A model generated the notes under the pieces. It saw nothing but the letters and a program-made list of their open reading frames with translations. It made no database searches and was not told the origin of the DNA. From IMG/VR virus record IMGVR_UViG_3300010354_000053, positions 1-64,000 of that record: 64,000 nt of DNA. The stretch is one strand, 5' to 3'. Shown one piece after another: positions 19,401 through 27,872 of this stretch (position 1 is the stretch's first letter; every line of letters starts with the position of its first letter). The position numbers and the translations under genes were made by a program. The DNA comes from a virus.

Positions 19401-20168
19401 AGATCCTAAATCATAAGAATTTGTAAGAACTGGTACTACGGAGGTTGAAACTCTGGCATTTAGAGCTAATGTATTGGCGGCGTTATCTCCAAGAATAGTA
19501 TTACCATCAACTTGTAGATTAGAACCAAGCCATAAAGATCCCCATCTTAATCCCAAAGATCCTAAATCATAAGAATTATCTGTAGATGGAATTAATGAAG
19601 ATGAGATTCTGGCGTTAAAAGTTACTGTATCAGAAGTGTTGTCTCCAAGAATGGCATTGCCGTCAACTTTTAAATCTCCGGTAAACAGACCATCGACCGA
19701 AGTTAGTTTGACGCTCAACCATAGATTTTGCCATCTAAGAGAGTCTTGTCCTAAACTGTATGTATCGGTTGCCGATGGATCTAAATTACTAGAAATTCTT
19801 GCAGTAAATGTAGCCGTATCACTAGTAGAATTACCTACATATAAAGATTGGTCGATTATCAAAGATCCATTTGTCTGTAAAGCATTAGCCGCTGTGCGAT
19901 ATAGATTTATATCAGGGGAAAGAACTCCACCTGAACCCCATTCTAATTTTCCATCGCGATTAATAGAAAATAAAACATTATCTTCTCCTTGAATTCTACT
20001 TTCATAAACTAATGAGTTTGCTGATAATTGGGAAGAAATTAGAGAATTTACAGTAGTTTGCCCAACAACTGATAACGTATTATCAAAATTGACAGCGCCT
20101 AGAACATCTAGGTAAAGGGGGCTGGACGGTGGAATTTTTCCTATACCAACTCTTGACACAATATGCAT
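16437..20168 (-). CDS. Long tail fibre-like protein (1243 aa) with 52-aa repeats
   Basis: Repeated IPSTDNSYDLGS.GLRW motifs; N-terminus paralogous to 20449..22026. Confidence 0.8.
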   Translation of the reverse strand: MHIVSRVGIGKIPPSSPLYLDVLGAVNFDNTLSVVGQTTVNSLISSQLSANSLVYESRIQGEDNVLFSINRDGKLEWGSGGVLSPDINLYRTAANALQTNGSLIIDQSLYVGNSTSDTATFTARISSNLDPSATDTYSLGQDSLRWQNLWLSVKLTSVDGLFTGDLKVDGNAILGDNTSDTVTFNARISSSLIPSTDNSYDLGSLGLRWGSLWLGSNLQVDGNTILGDNAANTLALNARVSTSVVPVLTNSYDLGSSGLKWGSLWLGSNLQVDGNTALGDSSADLIYFTARAASSLIPSTDNSYDLGSLGLRWGSLWLGSNLQVDGNTILGDSSSDIVTVNAGFASPLNPFVDNFYDLGTFDYRWKQIHLGPNGIVVRNDNINSDKVSLCFNAGVATLQSSVAIPLKLTTGSNNGITIDISGNIGINSNNVLTHNFSVFGNSILTDTAWFSKATGSSLIVESIVGVKGSIESANDSKILNLGVSSDTEFVNIGSNSETKTINIGTGSGKTTINIGGPLDIINMSGTVSVASTIESTVKDKSFTLNVGGANNTAQNSGLFVQESDAVLLQVTDPTWQIQNIVRYSTINTGNIIAGSLVTISGFVNALNNGQFVVTNVSTNSYIEVNNLNVFNNSVDEIGLGVCTNPLEVASISLDSDRISWKLTSPNYYSNYFKISNNGANVELLASSSGLFVNANALLPNTPFVSLGSSAYPWNAYINDLVVYENSTLGNPLTLTSLLNIYSLTSFNNYVTSNIIPDTDHDLGSISYQWNNLYSKNVFSYNSLFADGSIYLGSTVTTTISAGGSFVSDLIPQASVYSLGSVSKPWEAVYANKYIFPSLNAGSVVFVNNDKTLTDNNIKFFWNNEHLRLFLGQNVGNYVLDISKSGTDSIKIGNSENSSAISLRTKETLFSSTGLITNGPQALETTNLPFSATVGSIAQTFVLSASKKIKKIGLQLATTAPLLAPSFFGTMKIFLHSVTGGVISPMPIASSLPLILDTFPYGFQSNFTDFVFPEIQILAPGTYAISVKIFETYGIPGAYEGHLIGPSTVPTEACIRLITNDDSSYTDGTAYVYDSILGWQLPPSSQDLCFKIYEEVATGSSVSNKFEFTDVLQFGSDTYSNVGNGASTAILELSSTAIKLLGAVSVNSAAISSTTYTVQPTDVIMNIDTSVSGCTITLPSAATKRLLVIKDIGNNASVAGRSIQISPASNQYVEFNAINTPYVLDRDGESITLQSDGVNRWYII
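19173..19603. repeat. 156-bp-period tandem repeats; 119 bp identical at 19173-19291 and 19485-19603
   Basis: Direct comparison; middle unit is partly diverged. Confidence 0.9.
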
Positions 20169-20209
20169 TTTTTGATACCCTTAACAATATATAAATATAT
20201 TATATATGT

Positions 20210-20452
20210 CTAGACATTAAGATTTATGTTTGCGCCAGTTTCTTTTTCCATTTGTTTTTTTTGAGCATTTAAAAAATCTAAACCAAGAACAACAAAACAT
20301 TTTGACCATTGTGGTATTTCATTCATCGATCCATCTGAATGAAATAACACAATTTTGTCAAGTTCTTTATTATAAGAATGGCCAGATACTTTTATTTTTT
20401 TCCAAAACCAAGAATTTATATGTTTATATTTAATAAAATATTCGTTATTCAT
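20210..20452 (-). CDS. Hypothetical protein (80 aa)
   Basis: ATGA overlap with the upstream fibre gene. Confidence 0.6.
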   Translation of the reverse strand: MNNEYFIKYKHINSWFWKKIKVSGHSYNKELDKIVLFHSDGSMNEIPQWSKCFVVLGLDFLNAQKKQMEKETGANINLNV

Positions 20453-22026
20453 ACTACCCTCATAACATAAATAACATTAAAAAACTGTGGTCTAATATCA
20501 AACGCCGTAGTTGAGCCGGCACCATCTGTTGATGTTCTTGTTCCACCAGTATTCCAATTATTATACGAATTATTTTCGTAATTGTATATATTATTTCCTG
20601 AGTCGTATGGCCCCTTATCATAGGTATTGTGATAGTGGTCATTTTGATAGCCCGCTTGGATTCTTACGTAATCTTTATCATCCCAATTTCCGGCGATCCA
20701 TCCTGCATCAAACCACCAATATGGACCAATTGTTGAATTACCATTGCCAGTTGCAGTGTTCCAAACCATTTTATATTGGCCTATGCCACTTGAATTAGGC
20801 ATACCGATTGAGTGTGTGTGGCCGCCATTAGACCACGTAAACCCGTAATGAGCATGCTGAAAACGATGGGAATGATCCATACCGTGTGAGTGGCTGGGTA
20901 GTTCTGATGTAGACAAAGTTTTACTGTTTGCACCTCCCGTCCCACCTATAGAAGACGCCCCCTGCAAAAATCTAGAATCGGATAAATTAGGTCTATTTCC
21001 TGAAAATGAAGCATTTGATCCAGATGGATATGCACCGCCATCACATAGAGCAAATCCATCTTTAATGCTATTTGATGCAGGAGGCGCCCATGCAGAATTG
21101 TGACCGATTGCAATTACCGCACCTAATGGCACAACACCTCTACCTTCATGTAACGGAGAATTGATATTTAACCACTTTGAGCCATTGCTTACTACGGTAA
21201 GAGTTTCTCCAAAAGTTAACACTTTTGTTGTGGCACTATCAATTAATTGACTACTAGTAGTAGCTACCGTTAAATAATAACCAATTGATAAATCACATTT
21301 AATTGTATATTGTCTTCCAGTTACGCCAACAGCAGTTGGCAGAGTAATCGTATAACTAGTACTTCCTGTGGCGGAAACAATCTGATCAGAAGATGTAATT
21401 GTGGTGGCCGATGAGACAGATCGATGACCAAGCGTTAGAGCTTGAATTTCTGCGTGACCAGTAACTTTTATGACAGTAGATGTAGAACCAAGATTAACAG
21501 TAGAAGCTGCCCCTGCAAAATTAACTGTAGTAGCGGTTGTGTTTAGGAGATTAAATGTAGTTTGATTAGTGGTTAAATCTCCACCTCTTATCTCTAAGTC
21601 ACCAATAAAAACTACGTTTGCGTTATTTACGGTAAAAGTACCAGATGTAGAACCAAGATTAACAGTAGAAGCTGCGGATGTTCCAATATTGATTGTAGAG
21701 GCGGAAACAGATCCAAGATTAAGAATATTGCCATCCGATTCAACAGAACCGTCATTTTTTATAATTAAATTTTTGGAATAAGTATTGTTCCAAAATAATC
21801 CGGAAGAACCAAAATTATTAGAAAGAGTTACAGATGGTTCGACATTTGTATCGATTCGGCCATTTACAGAAATTAAATCTGCCGTCGTATCGCCTAGTTC
21901 TACACCGGCATTAAAAAATGCTGTACTTTGAAAAAATACTTGTGAATCAAAATTAGATGAACCAGTTACATCTAAATGATGACTGGTCGGGTTTTTTCCT
22001 ACGCCTACTCTGCTTACAATTCTCAT
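20449..22026 (-). CDS. Tail fibre with C-terminal collar and His-rich tip
   Basis: VPLGAVIA..FALCDG..PNL..RFLQG..LPSHSH..HSH..HAH..HTH..HYH..RPQFFNVIYVMRV. Confidence 0.85.
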   Translation of the reverse strand: MRIVSRVGVGKNPTSHHLDVTGSSNFDSQVFFQSTAFFNAGVELGDTTADLISVNGRIDTNVEPSVTLSNNFGSSGLFWNNTYSKNLIIKNDGSVESDGNILNLGSVSASTINIGTSAASTVNLGSTSGTFTVNNANVVFIGDLEIRGGDLTTNQTTFNLLNTTATTVNFAGAASTVNLGSTSTVIKVTGHAEIQALTLGHRSVSSATTITSSDQIVSATGSTSYTITLPTAVGVTGRQYTIKCDLSIGYYLTVATTSSQLIDSATTKVLTFGETLTVVSNGSKWLNINSPLHEGRGVVPLGAVIAIGHNSAWAPPASNSIKDGFALCDGGAYPSGSNASFSGNRPNLSDSRFLQGASSIGGTGGANSKTLSTSELPSHSHGMDHSHRFQHAHYGFTWSNGGHTHSIGMPNSSGIGQYKMVWNTATGNGNSTIGPYWWFDAGWIAGNWDDKDYVRIQAGYQNDHYHNTYDKGPYDSGNNIYNYENNSYNNWNTGGTRTSTDGAGSTTAFDIRPQFFNVIYVMRVV

Positions 22027-22030
22027 GTTT

Positions 22031-24313
22031 TCACCTTAAATGTCTTGTAAACATTATAGTTAATGGCTGAGCAGCATCTGGGGTTGAGTCTAAAGTCACA
22101 CCAGTGTTGGATTGTGTTCCACCAATCCACACATTTTGTCCCGTTGATGTAATTCGCGCATTCCACATAAAATCAGTAGTCGACCTTAAAAATCCATGAT
22201 TTACAACGGTTGTCGCAGAAGTGCTTGTCGTCACTCCTGTAATAATTTTAGTTAAATCACGCTGCAAAGCAAGTCCTTCAATTTGGACTACGGAGCCATC
22301 AAAAAACTGGAGGCTAACGACTCCGTTGATTGTTGCTCTTCTGGCAATCAACATAACGTTTTTATTGCGAAGATCTCGTCGTGGGTTTTGCGATGCCGGT
22401 AAAATTTGATAAGTATTATCAGCGGCTCCAAGATTGTAATAATCTACTATACCAGACGTAAGGGTCGCTGGAGTAGATGTAGTCGTATCATCTAATCGTA
22501 CCCATAATCCATCGCCATCATTAGAGAATGATAAAGAAGTGGACGAAATATTAAATGTCTGCCAAGCGTCCGCGTTATTTAAACCAACTTCTACTAAGTT
22601 CGAAGTGCGTCTTTTTTGAATAGTTAGGACGTCAGTATTCAATGAAGACAATACTCCAGATCCATCTATTTGGATACCGTAATCCAATTTAAGAAATAAA
22701 TTAGGGATACTACGAATTGGAGAAGAATCCGCATCTTCCATCAATGGAACTTCTTCTCCTGGTTGCATTACACCATAATTTCGCAATTGAAATAAATCAC
22801 CTTTTCGACGACCAAGAAAGTACAAGTTGATGTCATCAACAGGAAGGATAAGTGGGGAGGTATCTACGCTTTGTACTTTTAAACCCTGAGCATCAGACGT
22901 AACGAATAGATCAGACAGTTGGTATCTAGCCCTAAACCATCTAAACGGTTCCGTAGTCGGTGTATCAATTGGGTATTCTACAATTAGCGCAGTGGTGATT
23001 GCTGTAGCTACACGACCAGTAGTACTGTAAACAATTCCACCTTCAACTAAACCAACAACTCGATTATATTGATAATAATCTTCGCCAAGCTTACGGATAT
23101 AATCGCCAATAGCGACACCAGTGAAATCGCCTTCTTGGCCAGAGACAGTATACTCTTGGAGTGGTGGTGTGGGAATAAGAAGAGTTTCTACGCCCCATTT
23201 AACACTATTTCCACTTGAATCTACCGGAATTTTTTCACGATCTAGTTTTAAAAAGAAGGCGGCATTATCTGGAATAGAGGCAGTAAAATCTGTATTAGTA
23301 AATGCGCGATTAGTAAAGGCATTTACAAATGCTCCACCGATTTCCCATTTTACTGGACCATAGTTCATAGCAAGGCTAAGCGGGTCTGATGAACCGCTTA
23401 GAGAACTACTTTTTAATTGAGTGCCAGTCCATGATAAAGTGCGGCCATCAATTGACGGCACAAAAGATGTTGCGTTAGGATTCAAGAACAAAAGATTTGG
23501 AATGGTTTTTCCGGCAATCGGTGTATACCAACTTGCAGAACCTTTCATTTCTGAAATAATAGTCATTGTGGCATCCATCCAATCTTTAAGATTAGTTAGA
23601 GCCTTATCGTTAATAATACCGTTTGCATCTTGCGTATAATATGGATTTTGTGGCGTAAACTGATTCAAGTAAATGGATTGAGCAGGAAGAGCGTTTTCTA
23701 CTCGATTAGATGACCATGCATACTTTTTGTATGGACTGGGAAGTGCTCCGCCAGAACCTAATCTAAAAAACAAATCGCGAGCATCTGAAATATCAACAAC
23801 GCCCGCACTGCCGGTTCTTAAAATAGCAAGAGGAATTGCATCTACTGAAAATCCTTCGGTATTATATCTAAGTTGCAATTTTACAATAGACTGAAAATCA
23901 ACTGATGCGTTAAACTCTTGGCCGGCTGGGTTTTGGTCATTTGTGTTACTAGGGTCGAAAAAAGCGGCGGTTACAGGAGTTTCTGTAACTCTTTCTAGAA
24001 ACGCCTCCAAGAAAACCTTTTCGGTGCTTGGGGGCACATTAATAATTTCATCAGAAGCATCTGCTAGGCCATAGTAAAAAGAAGCTTCGTTATCTAGAGG
24101 AAAAAGAATAATAGAATTAGCAACTTTTACAGTTACGGTGAACCCGTTCAAAGCAGTAATTTCTAACCCACGAACAACATAGTTTTTTTCAAGGCCATTT
24201 AAGATGTACGAAAAGGCACGTAAATCAAACGCATTGAATGAGTCTGTGGCAATAACATGTTGCAAATCTAATCTTTGTTGAGAAAGATAATTTACTCTAC
24301 TTAAAATTGCCAT
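22031..24313 (-). CDS. Putative baseplate / fibre-attachment protein
   Basis: 760 aa between baseplate and fibre genes; call is from context only. Confidence 0.5.
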   Translation of the reverse strand: MAILSRVNYLSQQRLDLQHVIATDSFNAFDLRAFSYILNGLEKNYVVRGLEITALNGFTVTVKVANSIILFPLDNEASFYYGLADASDEIINVPPSTEKVFLEAFLERVTETPVTAAFFDPSNTNDQNPAGQEFNASVDFQSIVKLQLRYNTEGFSVDAIPLAILRTGSAGVVDISDARDLFFRLGSGGALPSPYKKYAWSSNRVENALPAQSIYLNQFTPQNPYYTQDANGIINDKALTNLKDWMDATMTIISEMKGSASWYTPIAGKTIPNLLFLNPNATSFVPSIDGRTLSWTGTQLKSSSLSGSSDPLSLAMNYGPVKWEIGGAFVNAFTNRAFTNTDFTASIPDNAAFFLKLDREKIPVDSSGNSVKWGVETLLIPTPPLQEYTVSGQEGDFTGVAIGDYIRKLGEDYYQYNRVVGLVEGGIVYSTTGRVATAITTALIVEYPIDTPTTEPFRWFRARYQLSDLFVTSDAQGLKVQSVDTSPLILPVDDINLYFLGRRKGDLFQLRNYGVMQPGEEVPLMEDADSSPIRSIPNLFLKLDYGIQIDGSGVLSSLNTDVLTIQKRRTSNLVEVGLNNADAWQTFNISSTSLSFSNDGDGLWVRLDDTTTSTPATLTSGIVDYYNLGAADNTYQILPASQNPRRDLRNKNVMLIARRATINGVVSLQFFDGSVVQIEGLALQRDLTKIITGVTTSTSATTVVNHGFLRSTTDFMWNARITSTGQNVWIGGTQSNTGVTLDSTPDAAQPLTIMFTRHLR

Positions 24314-24323
24314 TATTTATCAC

Positions 24324-27300
24324 CTATGCTTGAAACGGCGCAATTCCTGGATCATCATATTTTAGATCTGGCAATTGAACCTGTATATTTAATTTTACCC
24401 CAACACTTACAAGCTGCTCTAGAGTCTTTTGAAGAGTCACACGCACTTGAGTTGCACCTGTAATATATACTGGATATTCTTTCCCTGCAATTCCAATAGC
24501 GGGGGGTGTTGGTTGACTAATAACGCGAATAACTGAATGATTTTCATGTGATTGTTTAAAAACATATGCGGGGTCAATTTTTAATTGAGCGGGATTTCCA
24601 TCAATAGCTAAATCATATTTAATTGGACCTTCTTGCCTTGAGTTTCCATAATTAATCATTACAAAACCAGAAGGGGGGAGGTTGTCTATTTCGTCTATGA
24701 GCACAATTCCTGGAGATTCAAACGCAACAATAGGCTGTTCAAGCCGACAAAATTTATCTGAAATCACATATGAAGAATATGTGCCAACTGGATCATACAA
24801 ATATGATCCGACAATATATTGATTTTCCGGAACATTTGCAGAAACTAAATACAGTTTTGAATTTTTGAAAAATGTTTCTCTATTCCATTCAGAAAGAGGT
24901 TTCTGCATATAATATTTAAATTCTTTTCCGCCAAATTCTCCAGACCGTTTACATTTACCATCACGGATAATAAGCCATGTGTTGGGATCAAGAGGGTTGT
25001 AATCTAACGGAATACCAATATTAGATCTAAAATAGACGTATTTACCTTCTTGGCTGTGAACTTGCAAATAAATTGTTTTTAAATACGTTGCAATACCATA
25101 TCGAGATATTGGTATAAAACCAAAATCTAGTAATTTAACAGTTGAACCTTCTTGAAAATTTGCATATCCACGAGAAATTCGATCTGGAAATTCCATGGCA
25201 ATATCAGTTCTGCGCGTTGAATCTGGTCTGAAAATTACGTTAAATCCGTAAATCCACGCACCATCATATTTAACAGGCGCACCAAGAGGTGCATCGTTTG
25301 CTGAAGGTGTTGCTACTTTGTAAACTTTTGGCGTAGAAATACTCGGATAAAATCCGCTTTTAAGACGAAGTTTTGTATTAGAAACAACAGAGGCTACCTC
25401 ACGATTTTGCCCTGTTGCTAAAACTAACAAATCTCCAGGCTGTACCTGTGTTAAAAACTGAGTACCAACCCCTGTTACATTCTTGCCAATCGTAGTAATT
25501 GTTCCAGAACCATAGGGTGCGGGTCCAGTTCCTAAGATTTCAAAAATGAACCTTTCTTCATTAACTACTCGTTTAATTTTATGAGCCTTGTCAATATCTG
25601 CCCTTAAAAGTTTTCCATTAACAGATTCAACTGGATTAAAATAACTAGCCATTAAAAAAATATCTACACGCAAATCTTCAGTGGTATTCATATATTTTAA
25701 TTGAAATTGGGTATCACTTTGAATGCCACCAATATCTGTGAAAAATATACGAGGTCCTTCAAAAATAGAATTTGGAAGAAGACCCATAGTATTTGCTGGC
25801 GTCGGCCTAATTCGAATCTCAGTAATAATGTTTGTTGAGAATAAATTGTGGATAACAGTAATACTGTTTTCACCGGCAGGAGACGCCGGCAAAAGCACAT
25901 TAATAGCAACGGCTCTTGTAAAGTTTGGAAATACGTGTTGATAATCTAAAACATATGTGTTAACATTTGTTAAAGATTGATGCGGTGCAGAAATAAACTT
26001 AACGTTATTTACATCATCAACAATTCTCACACCATGCAGATTAGAATTAGTGTCTGCGTCTGACATCATGAAAGATGTATATTGCGTGTTGAAATTATGT
26101 GTATAAGTAGTTTGTACGTCTGTATTAGGAAACGAATTAGGTCCAATTGATAACGTAACTTCACCGGGAGTAACAGCGGGATTCATAGAGCACATAATTG
26201 CACGAACGAATCTTTCATCGGGCATGGGAATACATTTTAAAATAGTACTATTATCGGCATCTTCGGGATCTGGTTCGTAATTAAAATAATATTTTTCGTT
26301 AGTGTTTTCGTCTGCGAATTGCATATAAAGAAGTTGTGTATCCATTCCATTTTCAAAAGAAACTTCATCTAAATCTGGCGGAATCCTAATATTTTTTATA
26401 GTTTTATGTTTAAAAATTGGTTGATCAAGATTTACATCTTGAAAAACAACTTCTTCAATATTTTCTAAATTGTGGCGCAAGCCAGGCGTATGAATGGATA
26501 ACTCAGAATTATCGACCAACCCACCGATTGGATTAGTCATTTCTGCAGCTTCAAACGCAATTTGACATTCAACCGGAGACAAAAACGGCGTGCTGTTTTG
26601 TATCGAACTATTAATAGATAATGCTTGCGTACTACCTGATGGCTGTTCTTTGTTTGAATAATAATAATATTTTTCAATGAATCCATTCAAAAATTTTGCT
26701 GATTCAAATGCAACCACTCCAGATTCTGGAAATGCATTTGGATATGGGATGATAAGTTTATTAGACTCAATGTCAAGTAATTGAGTTGATTGACTTCTAA
26801 ACCGCGAAACGCCTTCTTGGTTTTTTCTAATAATTGGCGGAATTACTGGAATACTAATATCTACCGTACCAGTAGTGGCTTCTGTGGTATATGCATACTG
26901 ATCATTAGTAAATATCGTTTTAAAGTCTTGGCCAGTAACTGCAAAATTATTACTTGATTGTTGTGACCAAAAAACATCGGTATAAGGAAACTCGAAAGAA
27001 TTGATTTCAAAATAATCGTAACCGCAATTTATAATTTCAAATGTTCCATTTAATTTTGAAAACAAAACCGTCGAAGTGTCTTGCAAGTTGTATAGAGATA
27101 TAAAATCGCCGACGTCAACGGCTGCTAAATTAGGATTTGCGCCGCCAATCCAAGTGAATCTAATAGTTTTAGAATAAGTGGCGTTAGAAAAATGAGATAT
27201 ATTCCATTCTGTCCCTACTAAATTGCAAGAATTTTTATAACCTTGAAATTTAAGTTTATTTTGTACTGCACCGCCAACTACTCTAATCTTTGCGGCAATT

Positions 27301-27872
27301 CCAAACTCCCTGCTTACAACACGCACACTACTACGTCGTGTATTTTTATCGGTGACAATGTCTGCATACAGCTCGGGAACTTGAGCGTTAATCGTGCTGG
27401 CAATTTGAGATGCCGAAAGATTCGTTATATCCGGAAAACGTTCAGCTAAAAACAGAACGCTAAAAATCCCGGATTCAGTTTCAATTATTAATGTGTCACG
27501 ATCTTGAAGATTAAATGGCTCGGACACTGTGCTTGATACAACTGGATGTAAAACTGCTGTGCCATAAAACACTTCGATGATTTTATTAAATGTCGGAATC
27601 GACTGTTTAGGAGCAAAAATAGCCGGAAGGGCTAATTGACGAAAAGAATTCTGATCCAGACCTGAATTAGGGGGGACAGAAAAATTATATCTGTTGGCTA
27701 AATTGGTTAGAAAACTACTCTCCGCAGTGGTTAAAAATAACTGCCTTCTAGCCTGAGATAATAATTCAATAACAAAAGTATCACCAGTAGCAATAGCTTG
27801 TAGCAAGCCTTTTAAAACTATTTGCTCTTCTTTAAGAAAAGAATCTGGCAAAAAATCAAAAAGAGAACTCAC
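24324..27872 (-). CDS. Large baseplate wedge protein (tail protein I / gp7-like position)
   Basis: Follows the J-like gene with ATGA overlap; N-terminal FL.TA...L..LA..Y..FRQLA and C-terminal LEQLVSVGVKLNI patterns. Confidence 0.6.
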   Translation of the reverse strand: MSSLFDFLPDSFLKEEQIVLKGLLQAIATGDTFVIELLSQARRQLFLTTAESSFLTNLANRYNFSVPPNSGLDQNSFRQLALPAIFAPKQSIPTFNKIIEVFYGTAVLHPVVSSTVSEPFNLQDRDTLIIETESGIFSVLFLAERFPDITNLSASQIASTINAQVPELYADIVTDKNTRRSSVRVVSREFGIAAKIRVVGGAVQNKLKFQGYKNSCNLVGTEWNISHFSNATYSKTIRFTWIGGANPNLAAVDVGDFISLYNLQDTSTVLFSKLNGTFEIINCGYDYFEINSFEFPYTDVFWSQQSSNNFAVTGQDFKTIFTNDQYAYTTEATTGTVDISIPVIPPIIRKNQEGVSRFRSQSTQLLDIESNKLIIPYPNAFPESGVVAFESAKFLNGFIEKYYYYSNKEQPSGSTQALSINSSIQNSTPFLSPVECQIAFEAAEMTNPIGGLVDNSELSIHTPGLRHNLENIEEVVFQDVNLDQPIFKHKTIKNIRIPPDLDEVSFENGMDTQLLYMQFADENTNEKYYFNYEPDPEDADNSTILKCIPMPDERFVRAIMCSMNPAVTPGEVTLSIGPNSFPNTDVQTTYTHNFNTQYTSFMMSDADTNSNLHGVRIVDDVNNVKFISAPHQSLTNVNTYVLDYQHVFPNFTRAVAINVLLPASPAGENSITVIHNLFSTNIITEIRIRPTPANTMGLLPNSIFEGPRIFFTDIGGIQSDTQFQLKYMNTTEDLRVDIFLMASYFNPVESVNGKLLRADIDKAHKIKRVVNEERFIFEILGTGPAPYGSGTITTIGKNVTGVGTQFLTQVQPGDLLVLATGQNREVASVVSNTKLRLKSGFYPSISTPKVYKVATPSANDAPLGAPVKYDGAWIYGFNVIFRPDSTRRTDIAMEFPDRISRGYANFQEGSTVKLLDFGFIPISRYGIATYLKTIYLQVHSQEGKYVYFRSNIGIPLDYNPLDPNTWLIIRDGKCKRSGEFGGKEFKYYMQKPLSEWNRETFFKNSKLYLVSANVPENQYIVGSYLYDPVGTYSSYVISDKFCRLEQPIVAFESPGIVLIDEIDNLPPSGFVMINYGNSRQEGPIKYDLAIDGNPAQLKIDPAYVFKQSHENHSVIRVISQPTPPAIGIAGKEYPVYITGATQVRVTLQKTLEQLVSVGVKLNIQVQLPDLKYDDPGIAPFQA

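Noticed and set aside
19173-19603. CRISPR-like array
   Set aside because: The repeats are in-frame coding units with a 156-bp period and no unique spacers
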